Origin: an uncultured Candidatus Saccharibacteria bacterium
GTDB taxonomy: Bacteria > Patescibacteriota > Minisyncoccia > Phycocordibacterales > Phycocordibacteraceae
Length of the DNA: 64,000 nucleotides
Reading direction: 5' to 3'
NCBI GenBank assembly: GCA_964469405.1
Contig: CAYXYP010000005.1
Location: 54 to 64,053 of the forward strand
Positions 36,637-46,556 of this stretch are shown one piece after another. Below the pieces are notes generated by a model. The model had not been told where the DNA came from and did not search any database. It saw nothing but the letters and a program-made list of their open reading frames with translations. Every line of letters starts with the position of its first letter. Positions within the stretch are counted from its first letter, which is position 1. The position numbers and the translations under genes were made by a program.

Positions 36637-38094
36637 ATGTATAAAATTATCACAACATTCTCTCTACTCTCGGTATTTTTCTTCCTTGTGCCACTCCAAG
36701 CGAATGCGGCAGTAACCTACGCAACATGGAGCCCGTCAGATAAAAGTGCCGACACCACTCTAACAGGAGGTGATCTCATTTCTACAAAATCTGGTACTAA
36801 TGCGTGGGTTGGGGTGCGTTCTACAATCTCAAAGACAACAGGGAAATGGTATTGGGAGATAACAATGAGTGCCTTCAATTCTCCTAATACAGCTGGACAT
36901 CTTTTTGGTGTGTCGGATTCAACGTATAACTTTGATGCAAACGCTGCTACGGGGCATTTCTCAGGATTTCAAAATGGTCAGGGTGGTTACTTCGATTGCA
37001 CGACTACGCAAACGTTCGGCTATGGAAACGGTACTGTGAATGATGTGTACGGAATTGCGATGGATGTCGATGGGGGCACGGTTGATGTATACAAAAATAA
37101 TTCTCTCGTGAAAAACTGTACGGCACTCCCTGCCGGGGCGATGTATGCATTTTGGAATGCGTACGTTTCTGGTGATCAAGCCACAACGAACTTTGGCGCG
37201 AGTGTATTTACCTATAGTCCTCCTTCTGGATACAATGCGGGACTTTATAGTGGAACTGTAGCGAGTAGCACTGTAAATAGGCTTTCAAAGTTTACAACGA
37301 CCACTCAAACTCTAGGCGATTCTCTATTCTCCGACGACGGTTCTAATATGACGCTTACTGCAGGGAATCTATTCATGCAGATCGGCTCACTGATTGATAC
37401 GGTCACTGGTGGCACTCTCAACTTCGGTACCACAAACGCAACCTCTATTACTATCGGCAAGTCGGGAGTTACGACAACATTCCCAGGCCCTCTCACTGCC
37501 AACGGTCTTGCTACTTTCGGGAGCAATATAACCGTTCCCGCCACCTTTGGTCTCGATACCTCTGGTGCCGGGGTTCTTAATATCGGTACCACGACTGCAA
37601 CTACTATAAACATTGGAGGTATCCAGGCGATTACAAATATTCTGGGTCTTTTCAAGATCCCTGCGGCGTACAGTATCGATACTGCAACTGCTGGGACTCT
37701 AAACATCGGTACGAGCACGGCCACAAACATTATTATCGGAAAATCAGGAGTAGCCGTGACTGTTCCTGGAACAATTACCTGGGGAAAAGCTTCCACAACG
37801 GCAAATTGCAATTCTTCGGCGTCTCCTGCTGTTTGTAGTGCGGCATCGGCTGGAAGTGTCGCTATGTCGACTGGTGGTTCGACTCTCGTCGTAAACACCA
37901 CTGCTGTTACGGCTAACAGCCAGATATTCGTTACCGAAGATTCGTCCCTCGGCACACGACTTGGCATCACCTGCAACACCACGACTGGCCGTGTGTATAG
38001 CATAAATACCCGAACTGCCGGCAGCTTCACTATTAAATCGAGCGCCAATCCCGCAACAAACAAAGCCTGTTTGAGCTATTGGATTATAAATTAA
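36637..38094 (+). CDS. Secreted protein with SPRY/ConA-like domain and Thr/Gly-rich repeats
   Basis: Signal peptide (…QANA); GKWYWEI, DVYGIAMDVDGG.V..YKNN, NFGASVFTYSPPSGY; three LN(F/I)GT..AT.I.IG repeats. Confidence 0.75.
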   Translation: MYKIITTFSLLSVFFFLVPLQANAAVTYATWSPSDKSADTTLTGGDLISTKSGTNAWVGVRSTISKTTGKWYWEITMSAFNSPNTAGHLFGVSDSTYNFDANAATGHFSGFQNGQGGYFDCTTTQTFGYGNGTVNDVYGIAMDVDGGTVDVYKNNSLVKNCTALPAGAMYAFWNAYVSGDQATTNFGASVFTYSPPSGYNAGLYSGTVASSTVNRLSKFTTTTQTLGDSLFSDDGSNMTLTAGNLFMQIGSLIDTVTGGTLNFGTTNATSITIGKSGVTTTFPGPLTANGLATFGSNITVPATFGLDTSGAGVLNIGTTTATTINIGGIQAITNILGLFKIPAAYSIDTATAGTLNIGTSTATNIIIGKSGVAVTVPGTITWGKASTTANCNSSASPAVCSAASAGSVAMSTGGSTLVVNTTAVTANSQIFVTEDSSLGTRLGITCNTTTGRVYSINTRTAGSFTIKSSANPATNKACLSYWIIN

Positions 38095-38108
38095 AAACTA
38101 GCTCATTT

Positions 38109-38145
38109 AAGCAAAATCGCCCGATTTCATCGGGCGATTTTGCTT
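38109..38145. terminator. Bidirectional intrinsic terminator between convergent genes
   Basis: AAGCAAAATCGCCCGAT-ttc-ATCGGGCGATTTTGCTT. Confidence 0.85.
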
Positions 38146-38158
38146 TTCAAGTTTAGAC

Positions 38159-39469
38159 TTAATTAAGTCGTTGAAAACCTGCGTGCGCAATTGGTCCTTC
38201 AAGGAGATCTTTTGTCTTCCCTTCAACAACCGCTTTGCGCATCAGTGCGAAAACTTCATCGAGCGCTTTAGCGTACTCTTTCACATGCTCATCCGTGTGC
38301 GCATAGGATGCATAAAATTGGGTCGTCGCGAGTATGCCGCGCTTCAACATCTCCTGCACAAAAAGCGTCTTCATCACTGCAGCATCTCCGTCTTTAAATG
38401 AAAAGAAGAGGAGCGGGAGCACCTCACTCGAGGTGGTGGTGAGGTTGTGACGAGTGGACATTGTGTCCCAAATCTCCTTCATCGCGCTCCCAATCCGCTG
38501 TAAGTGCTCGGGTAAATTTATTTTCTGCATCTTCACTATTGTCGCGAGCGCTGCAGTGGGCCCTATCGCCTCAGTCCAGAACGTACTTGATATGAACGTA
38601 TCCTGCGCCGCCTGCATCACGTCACGCTTGCCGATAATGGCCGTCATGGCGTAGCCGTTACTCATCCCTTTGCCGAAGATTGCAAGGTCCGGCTCAATCC
38701 CAAGCACCAAATGCGAGCCGCCAATAGCAAGCCGAAAACCGATCGTAATTTCATCAAATACCAGTACCGCACCGGCGCGCGTTGCGATCTCACGAACTTT
38801 CTCCAAGAACCCATCTCTGGGGTACTCGCCATGCATGGGCTCCATAAAGATGGCGGCAAGATTTGGATTCTTTGCCACAATGGCTTCAAGCTCCTCTATC
38901 TTATTGTAGTGAAACGGAAGCATTGTACCTGCCAGACCTTTTGGAACGCCTTTAGGTTCCAGACCTGCAAGTAAATGGTCGGCAAGTGCATCCTTCGTCC
39001 CTAAATTGGTCGCGAGGTACCAGTCCGCCCAGCCGTGATACCCGCAGAACGCTATGGTCTCACGTCTGGTGTACGCGCGCACGATACGCGCCGCGATAGC
39101 CATCGATTCGCCTCCCGTGCGAGCATAGCGCACCATGTCCGCCCATGGATGTAACTTCAAAAGGAGTTCGGCAAGCTCCACTTCTTGCGGAGCATTGAGT
39201 GTGGACATTGAGCCACGATTCACCGCATCGATGACCGCTGCATTAACGTCTTTGTCAGCATACCCGAGCATGCAGCTACCAATACCCATATTGAGCATAT
39301 CGAGATATTTGTTGCCGTCCAGGTCCCACACATAGGCCCCTTCTGCATGCGAGTAGTACGCCGGCCACTGCCCCGGGGCAAAAAATTCTGCGCGTTTGGA
39401 GAGCAGCTGATTACCGCCTGGTATGAGTGTCTTTGCTTTTTCCCAGAGTTTTTGGCCTTTCCCTTTCAT
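38159..39469 (-). CDS. Class III aminotransferase (GSA-aminomutase-like, glycan-locus type)
   Basis: WDLDGNKYLD, RTGGE, GYHGW, FDEITIGFR, FGKGMSNG, SSTFW. Confidence 0.88.
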   Translation of the reverse strand: MKGKGQKLWEKAKTLIPGGNQLLSKRAEFFAPGQWPAYYSHAEGAYVWDLDGNKYLDMLNMGIGSCMLGYADKDVNAAVIDAVNRGSMSTLNAPQEVELAELLLKLHPWADMVRYARTGGESMAIAARIVRAYTRRETIAFCGYHGWADWYLATNLGTKDALADHLLAGLEPKGVPKGLAGTMLPFHYNKIEELEAIVAKNPNLAAIFMEPMHGEYPRDGFLEKVREIATRAGAVLVFDEITIGFRLAIGGSHLVLGIEPDLAIFGKGMSNGYAMTAIIGKRDVMQAAQDTFISSTFWTEAIGPTAALATIVKMQKINLPEHLQRIGSAMKEIWDTMSTRHNLTTTSSEVLPLLFFSFKDGDAAVMKTLFVQEMLKRGILATTQFYASYAHTDEHVKEYAKALDEVFALMRKAVVEGKTKDLLEGPIAHAGFQRLN

Positions 39470-39525
39470 AGATTATGGTATCCAGTATAACAGTCGAACT
39501 TTATTGAAAGTAGCGCTCTAAAGAA

Positions 39526-39555
39526 AATGACCACCTCGTGTACGAGGTGGTCATT
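39526..39555. terminator. Hairpin, likely terminator of the 39579..40601 gene
   Basis: AATGACCACCTCGT-gt-ACGAGGTGGTCATT. Confidence 0.65.
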
Positions 39556-39578
39556 GTGCTATGTAGAACAATTTCGCT

Positions 39579-40601
39579 CTACTTAGAACGAGCGAGTGCC
39601 AGCACGGCGCGTGCCGCAATAGAGGGGTCGAATGGCTTAATCACGTAAACTGGCTGTGTCACCGCAAAGTAACGATCGAGCGATTGTGACTCCGTTAGAA
39701 CCGGAAATCGTCCATCCCGTATAAGCGGCGTCTCATCCAACTGCGTACTTTTCTTAAAGATCTCGCGACTCACTTCGTCCAAGAGAGTAAGTGCAAGTTT
39801 CCCCGCGCACGCCGCTCGTATCAACGTGGTACTAAAAGAGCTTGCCACACCGTCTGCTGCCTCAATGACCTCATCAGTCGAGTCGACAAAATCAACAACT
39901 CTATGACACGCACGCAATGGTCCTAATTGTGAGTGACACCACTGATCCCACGTTCCTCCTAAAGGACACACCAAGGTCTTGAACGCGGGATGGAACTTTG
40001 GCACTACCGTCACGTGTGTATTGGTGCGCAGAACAGACTCCACAAATAACGGAAGTGCTCGTTCACACATAGGGCCACCGTCTGGATACACCAACACTTT
40101 CCCACCCGTTCGTTGCCGTATAGCATCGAACGATGATATAAGCCCTGGCGACGGAGTGACAAGCGAGACACCAACTAGACCCGCTACAACAATCGGCACC
40201 CGCGGATGAATTTTCTTCAGTAATCGCTCGGAAAATTCATCGATGGTGATATAGAGACCCGGTTCATCACTCCCACGAGTATGTACAGCCCAGTAGTCCT
40301 CAAGATGAACTAATGGCGTCCCCGACTCTTTCGCCATCCGGTCAAGAATGGTTTCTAGAAATCGTAGTGCCGAAAATCCTGTCATGATGATATCCGGCCA
40401 ATGTCGCACGACATGAGCACGAAGCGACACTTCAGTATCGACAACGCTAAATGGTACTTCCAGATGATTCTTCGCCTCTCCGCTGTCCTCAGCGAGAAGC
40501 GTAACTGTATGACCCAATCGTTCCAACTCTTGCAGAAGAGGCACGATCATATTCGCTAATCCAATATCGCACACGAGTGCGAGTACTGATACTTTTCTCA
40601 C
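39579..40601 (-). CDS. Hypothetical protein, probable GT-B fold
   Basis: HLEDYW, VVPKFHP, ADGVASSFSTTLIRAA resemble GT-B C-domain segments; AAAGGAG precedes the GTG start. Confidence 0.6.
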   Translation of the reverse strand: MRKVSVLALVCDIGLANMIVPLLQELERLGHTVTLLAEDSGEAKNHLEVPFSVVDTEVSLRAHVVRHWPDIIMTGFSALRFLETILDRMAKESGTPLVHLEDYWAVHTRGSDEPGLYITIDEFSERLLKKIHPRVPIVVAGLVGVSLVTPSPGLISSFDAIRQRTGGKVLVYPDGGPMCERALPLFVESVLRTNTHVTVVPKFHPAFKTLVCPLGGTWDQWCHSQLGPLRACHRVVDFVDSTDEVIEAADGVASSFSTTLIRAACAGKLALTLLDEVSREIFKKSTQLDETPLIRDGRFPVLTESQSLDRYFAVTQPVYVIKPFDPSIAARAVLALARSK

Positions 40602-40695
40602 CTCGTACTCCTTTCATAAAAGATTCAAGCAACAAACGGTATATACCGCGTCTGGGTAGATTAGAACATATTATTTAAAGAAAAGCAAAGACTCC

Positions 40696-41466
40696 TTACA
40701 AAGATTTCTTAGATCCCCCATCGAAAGGGATGAGTGCCCCATTCACACCTGAAGATTCTTCGGACGCGAGATACGCTACAAAATTCCCGAGCTCTATCGG
40801 GTCCATAAAGCGCCCGAGTGGTAAAGTTGCCTCGATACGTTTTTGTATCATTTCCACGCTTGTATTTTCTCGTGCTGCTGTATCAGCCATAAGTTCTTCG
40901 GTTCTCGTAGTAAGAAAACCTCCAGGCATGACGCTGTTCACAGTCACACCCTCTCGAGATACTTCACCAGCAGTCAACTTCGCATACGATGCCAAAGCGG
41001 CGCGGAGCACACTCGACACCGCAAGCGCTGGAGACGGTTCTACTGCCGTCGTCGACAAAATATTAATAATCCTTCCCCACTGACGCGCCCGCATACCTGG
41101 CAATACCATCGCATAAAGACGCACGGTGGAACGGAACAGTAAATCTAACCCCTCTTCCCATTCAGATTCTGAAAGTTGGATTACTGTCTTTGGTGGCGGA
41201 CCACCGACGTTATTAATGAGAATGTCGATTGTTACGTTGTCTTTGCTGAGTCGTTCCTGCAGATTCTGGATATCATCTTTTTTAGACAAGTCGCATACCT
41301 GCGTAATAACTTCTACCTTGGACACGGATCGTACTTCTTGTGCTACCTCCTCAAGACCATCACTATTTCTTGCACACATCACGACCCGATGACCAGCAAT
41401 CGCAAGTGCTTTGGCACATCCAAGTCCCAATCCCTTGCTGGCTCCTCCAATAAATGCAGTTCGCAT
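40696..41466 (-). CDS. SDR oxidoreductase
   Basis: GGASKGLG, DILINNVGGPP, WGRIINI, TVNSVMPG. Confidence 0.88.
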   Translation of the reverse strand: MRTAFIGGASKGLGLGCAKALAIAGHRVVMCARNSDGLEEVAQEVRSVSKVEVITQVCDLSKKDDIQNLQERLSKDNVTIDILINNVGGPPPKTVIQLSESEWEEGLDLLFRSTVRLYAMVLPGMRARQWGRIINILSTTAVEPSPALAVSSVLRAALASYAKLTAGEVSREGVTVNSVMPGGFLTTRTEELMADTAARENTSVEMIQKRIEATLPLGRFMDPIELGNFVAYLASEESSGVNGALIPFDGGSKKSL

Positions 41467-41475
41467 AGTACAAGT

Positions 41476-42429
41476 CTATCCTACATCCTCGTCTGGTAGA
41501 TAGTCCTTTTTTGCAGGAGTTCCGACTACCTGTGCTACATCCCACGATGCCAATCCTGTACCCGGACGTTTGAACGCTATTGCCTCCGTAGTAATAGGTT
41601 CTCCTTTTTTAAGCGCTGTTGCGGCAACAATGGACCGTCGGATGGAAATTCGTCTCACTTGTTCTTCTGTACTCAACGTCCGCTCTGTAGTTCCCATCAT
41701 GACTTTCACTTGAGCAAGTTTCTCAAGTAGTGTTCCAACATCCCGGCACAACACGGCATGTGGCCCGTCAGGTAATAACGGCGACATTTCTTCTGCCACG
41801 TAGACAAATACTGTCTCGGCACCTGCGGCGATTGCCAGAGGAAGCGCTTCGTGCGCATCAGAATGCTGCCCGTAGGCGACGGGAATATTATATTTCCCAA
41901 TCAAAAACGGAATATTATTCAAATTAAGCATCATTATAGGAGTCGGTATTTTGAGTACGGTATGAATGAGACGAACATCTGCCCTTGGTTCAGCAGCGCG
42001 GATAAGACCTAGCGCCCGAGTAATATCCTCAAGCGTCCCGAGACCAGTCGACAGATAGCACGGTAGGCCAGTACGCGCGACAGCGATATGTAATTGCGTG
42101 TAGGTCAAATCGCTACTCAATACTTTAAAGAAGCTTGCCCCAGCCGCTACAAAAGACTCTACATATTCAGAATTCAGCACCGCAACCCCCATAAAGACTC
42201 CAACACTTTCCCCATATTCTATAACTGCGATGACATCTTTGAGACTGAGACAATTGGGTTGTACTGCTTTGATAGCAGCAACATCACGAGTCGTGGTCGC
42301 CACATCTACTGCCGCCTGGATGGTGATATGCGTCGCCCCCTGTGCACGAAGCGTATCCACCATACGAATGGCGCGTCCGACATCTCCCATATGATTAAGC
42401 CCTAATTCGAAAACGGCCTCTGGCTTCAT
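41476..42429 (-). CDS. Divergent NeuB-like protein with SAF domain
   Basis: ELGLNHMGD, FKVLSSD, LSTG, GQHS, RRSIVA, FKRPGTGL. Confidence 0.75.
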   Translation of the reverse strand: MKPEAVFELGLNHMGDVGRAIRMVDTLRAQGATHITIQAAVDVATTTRDVAAIKAVQPNCLSLKDVIAVIEYGESVGVFMGVAVLNSEYVESFVAAGASFFKVLSSDLTYTQLHIAVARTGLPCYLSTGLGTLEDITRALGLIRAAEPRADVRLIHTVLKIPTPIMMLNLNNIPFLIGKYNIPVAYGQHSDAHEALPLAIAAGAETVFVYVAEEMSPLLPDGPHAVLCRDVGTLLEKLAQVKVMMGTTERTLSTEEQVRRISIRRSIVAATALKKGEPITTEAIAFKRPGTGLASWDVAQVVGTPAKKDYLPDEDVG

Positions 42430-44372
42430 TTCTGCATACTACCACTCCCGATATTTTCCGGTCGTTTGTGATCTGCAAACGTTCGAATGAGTTCGGCAAT
42501 ACGGTCGCTTGAATGCCCATCAAACGCATACTCTCGTTCCAAGAAAGCCGCCCCTTGCGCCGCAAGTTTTGCGCGGGCATCGGAATTCGTCGCCAATTCT
42601 TTCGCTATAGTAGAAAAATCCTCTTTGGTCGTCGCCAATCGTATGGCCTGACTCTCAACATAGGGTGCAAAATGGTGCAATCCCATAAAGCTTTCCGTCG
42701 GATCCACCGCAAGAAGTATCACGGGCTTATGGCACTGCATCGCTTCCACAACGACCGTCGAGTAACAAGAGATAACAACGTCTGTCTCGGCAAAGAGCTG
42801 GTGAAGCGATTTTGTCTGAACAATTCTGTATGGAACGTCGGAAAAAATATTCGCTATAAGCTGGCGTGAAAAAGAATCTCTCCTGGTAGTTCCCGGACGA
42901 AATTTTATAATGACCTCGACATTCGGAATGTTCTTTAGCGCAGATGCAATCGTGGAGAAAAATTCTTCATACGCGTAAGAGTCAGTGACTTCCCCCGTAG
43001 GATCATTTGAGGGTGCGATACATAAAAAAGATACCTTTTCGCGCGGAGGTTCAGAAACATTTTCAGACGCATCCTGAGCCGCCGCATACACATCAAAACG
43101 TGGCGATCCAACCACAATTGGTGTACAGCGAATGCCAACCGCCGCTTTCATTTCCTCCATCTCTCGTTGTGTGAGCGTCCCATATACCCCCACGTACTCT
43201 GTACTGTACCGGCGAGTGTACGATCCCGGTCCGTGATACAGCAGACCGTGTTGGGCTTCCAGAGATGGAACACCGAGGTTCCGTGCTACCTGAGCCAGGA
43301 TGATGAAGTGGGTCTGGAGGCTGCTCGTAGCGCGCAAAAGGATAGCGTGCGGGTCGATACGCTCAAACATAGCGTACGCATCATCGATATCCTTAAGTCT
43401 TTTGGTAAGGACCTCTTTCAGTATGAGCTCGATCGCACGCGAAATAAGCGCTCTCATAGATATGCTACGAAATTCAAATGGTGGTAGCCCACTTCCCTTT
43501 CCCAAAGATTCAAGTTCTTTGGCGATACGCTCATGTGTCCTCACATATTCAGAAGAAGCTTTCGACGGAAATGCATCGATGTGCAAGAAACGCATACGAA
43601 ACTTCCAAATGTTGGCGAATCCAGCTTTAAATGCTTCTTTTCTGTCAATCAAGGCAATCTCAAAAGAGTCGAGCTTATGCACATATGGTTCGATATTTTT
43701 CCAGTAGTCACTTATGATCACACGAATGCGCCGTGGGCGACGAAAAATTGTAACAAGTGTGTTGAGTATTCCTATACCCATACCAAAAAGAGTGCGCTTC
43801 AATGTAAATGCCCACATTGATGTTACTTGTGTGACCGGAGGCGCGGGGACTACGACTGCCTCCCGACCACTCTCTTTTGCAATACACTCTACTGCTCCTA
43901 CAATCGCCCGAATCGTCATTCCAGACAACACTCCACCGAGAGGCGGATCCCCACTCAGTGGAGAAAAAACAATGAGACGTGCCACTTTGGGATGTGCAGC
44001 CAATACATTGGTTATGGTTTCAGCATAATAAATCACGTGACTGATGTACCACTGCAACGTCAAAAAATAGACTTTCGATAAAGACACCCCGCGATAGGTA
44101 AAAAATGACAGCCAGTGTTTACTTTCAAATACCGAGGCAACCCACTCTTCTGATAGTGTCATGGAGGCGGCATCCCGTGTGCGGTATGCGCTCCCAGAGA
44201 GAAAGGGTATATTTTTTCCTTTAAGAGCGTACTCGACCTCAAGATCCAGAGGGATCAATACGAATCCTTCTTCAAGGATCGAAGTGTGTTCTTTAAGAAA
44301 CGCATCGAGCATATCGATGTGTTTCAATTCAGTAAGGAATACGATGTTCCGCTCGTTTTGTTTTTGCAACAT
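42426..44372 (-). CDS. Large GT-B-like glycan biosynthesis protein (capsule polymerase/nonulosonyltransferase-like)
   Basis: EAQHG, VVGSPRFD, IIKFRP, DVVISCYSTVVVEAM, DGHSSDRI. Confidence 0.65.
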   Translation of the reverse strand: MLQKQNERNIVFLTELKHIDMLDAFLKEHTSILEEGFVLIPLDLEVEYALKGKNIPFLSGSAYRTRDAASMTLSEEWVASVFESKHWLSFFTYRGVSLSKVYFLTLQWYISHVIYYAETITNVLAAHPKVARLIVFSPLSGDPPLGGVLSGMTIRAIVGAVECIAKESGREAVVVPAPPVTQVTSMWAFTLKRTLFGMGIGILNTLVTIFRRPRRIRVIISDYWKNIEPYVHKLDSFEIALIDRKEAFKAGFANIWKFRMRFLHIDAFPSKASSEYVRTHERIAKELESLGKGSGLPPFEFRSISMRALISRAIELILKEVLTKRLKDIDDAYAMFERIDPHAILLRATSSLQTHFIILAQVARNLGVPSLEAQHGLLYHGPGSYTRRYSTEYVGVYGTLTQREMEEMKAAVGIRCTPIVVGSPRFDVYAAAQDASENVSEPPREKVSFLCIAPSNDPTGEVTDSYAYEEFFSTIASALKNIPNVEVIIKFRPGTTRRDSFSRQLIANIFSDVPYRIVQTKSLHQLFAETDVVISCYSTVVVEAMQCHKPVILLAVDPTESFMGLHHFAPYVESQAIRLATTKEDFSTIAKELATNSDARAKLAAQGAAFLEREYAFDGHSSDRIAELIRTFADHKRPENIGSGSMQK

Positions 44373-44417
44373 GAATGATATGTATATGGGATAACGCGCA
44401 GAGCTAGAAAGAAGTTT

Positions 44418-45299
44418 CTAGCGCATCGGAACATGCCCGACAGTATGCTCAAGCAAACTTCGCAATACGCGATCCAGCCACAACACCAACCACATAAAAG
44501 GTGCGCTGACAGGATAATTCTTTCTAAAATAGGCGTACTGGCTTTTATAATATTTCCGCTCGCGAGATACGTGATTCATCTTATTGAACGATACTGATTT
44601 TATGTGCGTCACATTCGCATCGGGAACTAGATATATTTTGTATCCACGATTGTAGATACGTCGGCACAAATCGACGTCAATAAAAATATGGAAATCGGGA
44701 TCTAAGATACGGGAACCAAGCGCCTCGCGTCGCAATATAAGGCATGCTGTCGGTGGCTGTTCTAATTCAAAAACGCGAGTCGTATCGAGATCACAGTAGT
44801 GATACGACTTATAAAACCTCAGTCCGAGAAAATATTTATCTATAAATCGCCCCGGCACCGTCATAAAGAAACCCTGTATCGGTGTAAGGAGACGACGATG
44901 ATAGTTTTGTATAGAGCCATTAACATTATGGAGGTTTGCGGTCGCTGCACCCGCACTCGGATTCGTTTGCATGAAATGCACCAATGCCTCTAACGCCCCA
45001 GCCCACAATCGAGCATCAGTATCTAAAGTCATCAGGTACGTACCGTGCATTCGATCCAGAGCAATATTGAGCGCAGAAAAGCCAATATTCTTTTCGTTCT
45101 GAACGAATAAGAAACGTGGATCATTTTTGTACTTTTCATCTACACGAGCAAAGCCCCCATCGGTAGAAGCATCATCAAGAACCATCACATCGAATGCGAC
45201 GTCTCCAGCATGTTGCACAATAGACGCTAACGCATCATTTAATAAGTCGGAGGAATTGTAATTCGAGACGATGATGGACACATCAGGAACGCTTTTCAT
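44418..45299 (-). CDS. GT2 family glycosyltransferase
   Basis: SIIVSNYN, LDDASTD, NIGFS, LDTD, DVDLCRR. Confidence 0.88.
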   Translation of the reverse strand: MKSVPDVSIIVSNYNSSDLLNDALASIVQHAGDVAFDVMVLDDASTDGGFARVDEKYKNDPRFLFVQNEKNIGFSALNIALDRMHGTYLMTLDTDARLWAGALEALVHFMQTNPSAGAATANLHNVNGSIQNYHRRLLTPIQGFFMTVPGRFIDKYFLGLRFYKSYHYCDLDTTRVFELEQPPTACLILRREALGSRILDPDFHIFIDVDLCRRIYNRGYKIYLVPDANVTHIKSVSFNKMNHVSRERKYYKSQYAYFRKNYPVSAPFMWLVLWLDRVLRSLLEHTVGHVPMR

Positions 45300-45308
45300 G
45301 TTGATAGA

Positions 45309-45851
45309 TTATTTTTCGTTGTAGTAATCGCCGTATTCCACTAAAATAGTGCTTTTACCATCTTCACGTTCTAATGCCTTCTTGTACGCAGGAAAAATAT
45401 CTTCTGATTCTTCAAGACGAATGACTTCCACGTTTTGACACATTAGCTGGAACGCCTCGGTGTAATCGCCAATATGTTGAAACTGAGGATGCATCGGTCT
45501 TATCGACCCAATACCTGTGCGAATGATGACTTTTGGTTGATACCCTCCGTTTGATATGACTGACATTTTATCTAAATGATTCACTAATTGATTCACGGCG
45601 AGCAAAAGAAAGTTCCACCTTGGATAAAAACTTACGGGAATGTGGCCAGCAAGGGCAAGGCCGATAGACATACCCATCTGCATGTCTTCGGCAACTGGAA
45701 GCTCGAGAAGCTTCTCTTTGGACACATTTTTGACCGTATTTGTCATCGCGGTGCCGGGACACGCGACCGCCTGTCCGATGAAATAGGTACGCTCATCCGC
45801 AGCAAGCATATCCATTGCGCGAGTAAGCTCATCGAAGTATTTCATACGCAT
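45309..45851 (-). CDS. TPP-dependent enzyme, E1-beta/transketolase pyrimidine-binding domain only
   Basis: ELPVAEDMQMGMSIGLAL, NQLVNHLDK; 180 aa with no C-terminal domain. Confidence 0.8.
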   Translation of the reverse strand: MRMKYFDELTRAMDMLAADERTYFIGQAVACPGTAMTNTVKNVSKEKLLELPVAEDMQMGMSIGLALAGHIPVSFYPRWNFLLLAVNQLVNHLDKMSVISNGGYQPKVIIRTGIGSIRPMHPQFQHIGDYTEAFQLMCQNVEVIRLEESEDIFPAYKKALEREDGKSTILVEYGDYYNEK

Positions 45852-46492
45852 TAGAATTGAACCCTCACCCCTGCCCCTGCGTGAGGATATTTGGTCTCAT
45901 ACTTGTAGTACACCACAAGAGGATGCTTCCCATCTTCGTAGGTAAGTACATCCTGCTTCCACGCATCGCGCGTATTGGTCATCACTGACTTGCCATTATC
46001 TTCGATAATAAAACGGATGGGGAGCTTATGGTTCGTCGCGTACTTAATACATTCGTGCGCGATACCCGTCTCCGATGTCATATCTCCCATGAAGCAATGT
46101 ACACGATTTTTTCCGCCGCTTCGTTTGATACTCATCGCGACACCAACAGCAATAGGAAGTATGCCGCCGACAATCGCGGAAGAAACTATTTTTTGTTCGG
46201 GGAAACAGAGCGATATCGACCGATTAGCGATAATTTCCTCGCGCAACTTTTTCGGTGGTACACCTTTTAAAAGACATTGGTAATGACTTCGCCAAGAGCA
46301 CATAACCCAATCATCCTGATGTACATCGTGGAATACCTCGATGATTTTCTCTTCATTCCCATAGTAGAGATGCACAGGCGATTTTATTTTCGCTGCATTA
46401 AATAACTCGGCAATCTGTTCCTCAAACGCAACTAATTCCTGAGGAGTCCATACTTTTTTGACTTCCGCCGACATAGGTAAAGATACTATCAC
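45851..46492 (-). CDS. TPP-dependent enzyme, short E1-alpha-like subunit
   Basis: HLYYGNE, WRSHY, SAIVGG, TPP motif GDMTSETG...EDNGKS. Confidence 0.82.
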   Translation of the reverse strand: MIVSLPMSAEVKKVWTPQELVAFEEQIAELFNAAKIKSPVHLYYGNEEKIIEVFHDVHQDDWVMCSWRSHYQCLLKGVPPKKLREEIIANRSISLCFPEQKIVSSAIVGGILPIAVGVAMSIKRSGGKNRVHCFMGDMTSETGIAHECIKYATNHKLPIRFIIEDNGKSVMTNTRDAWKQDVLTYEDGKHPLVVYYKYETKYPHAGAGVRVQF

Positions 46493-46556
46493 GATTTACA
46501 TAAGTAAGAAGCCGTAGGTACTTACTTACCCGCCTCAATTTCATGAATGCAGGAAG

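Noticed and set aside
37305-38063. 252-aa minus-strand ORF
   Set aside because: Antisense shadow of the Thr/Gly-rich secreted protein at 36637..38094
38159-39469. hemL (tetrapyrrole synthesis)
   Set aside because: No other hem genes; the context is a nonulosonate/glycan locus where class III aminotransferases of this type are common
45309-46492. Central-metabolism pyruvate dehydrogenase E1
   Set aside because: Both subunits are far shorter than E1 alpha/beta, and no E2 or E3 is adjacent
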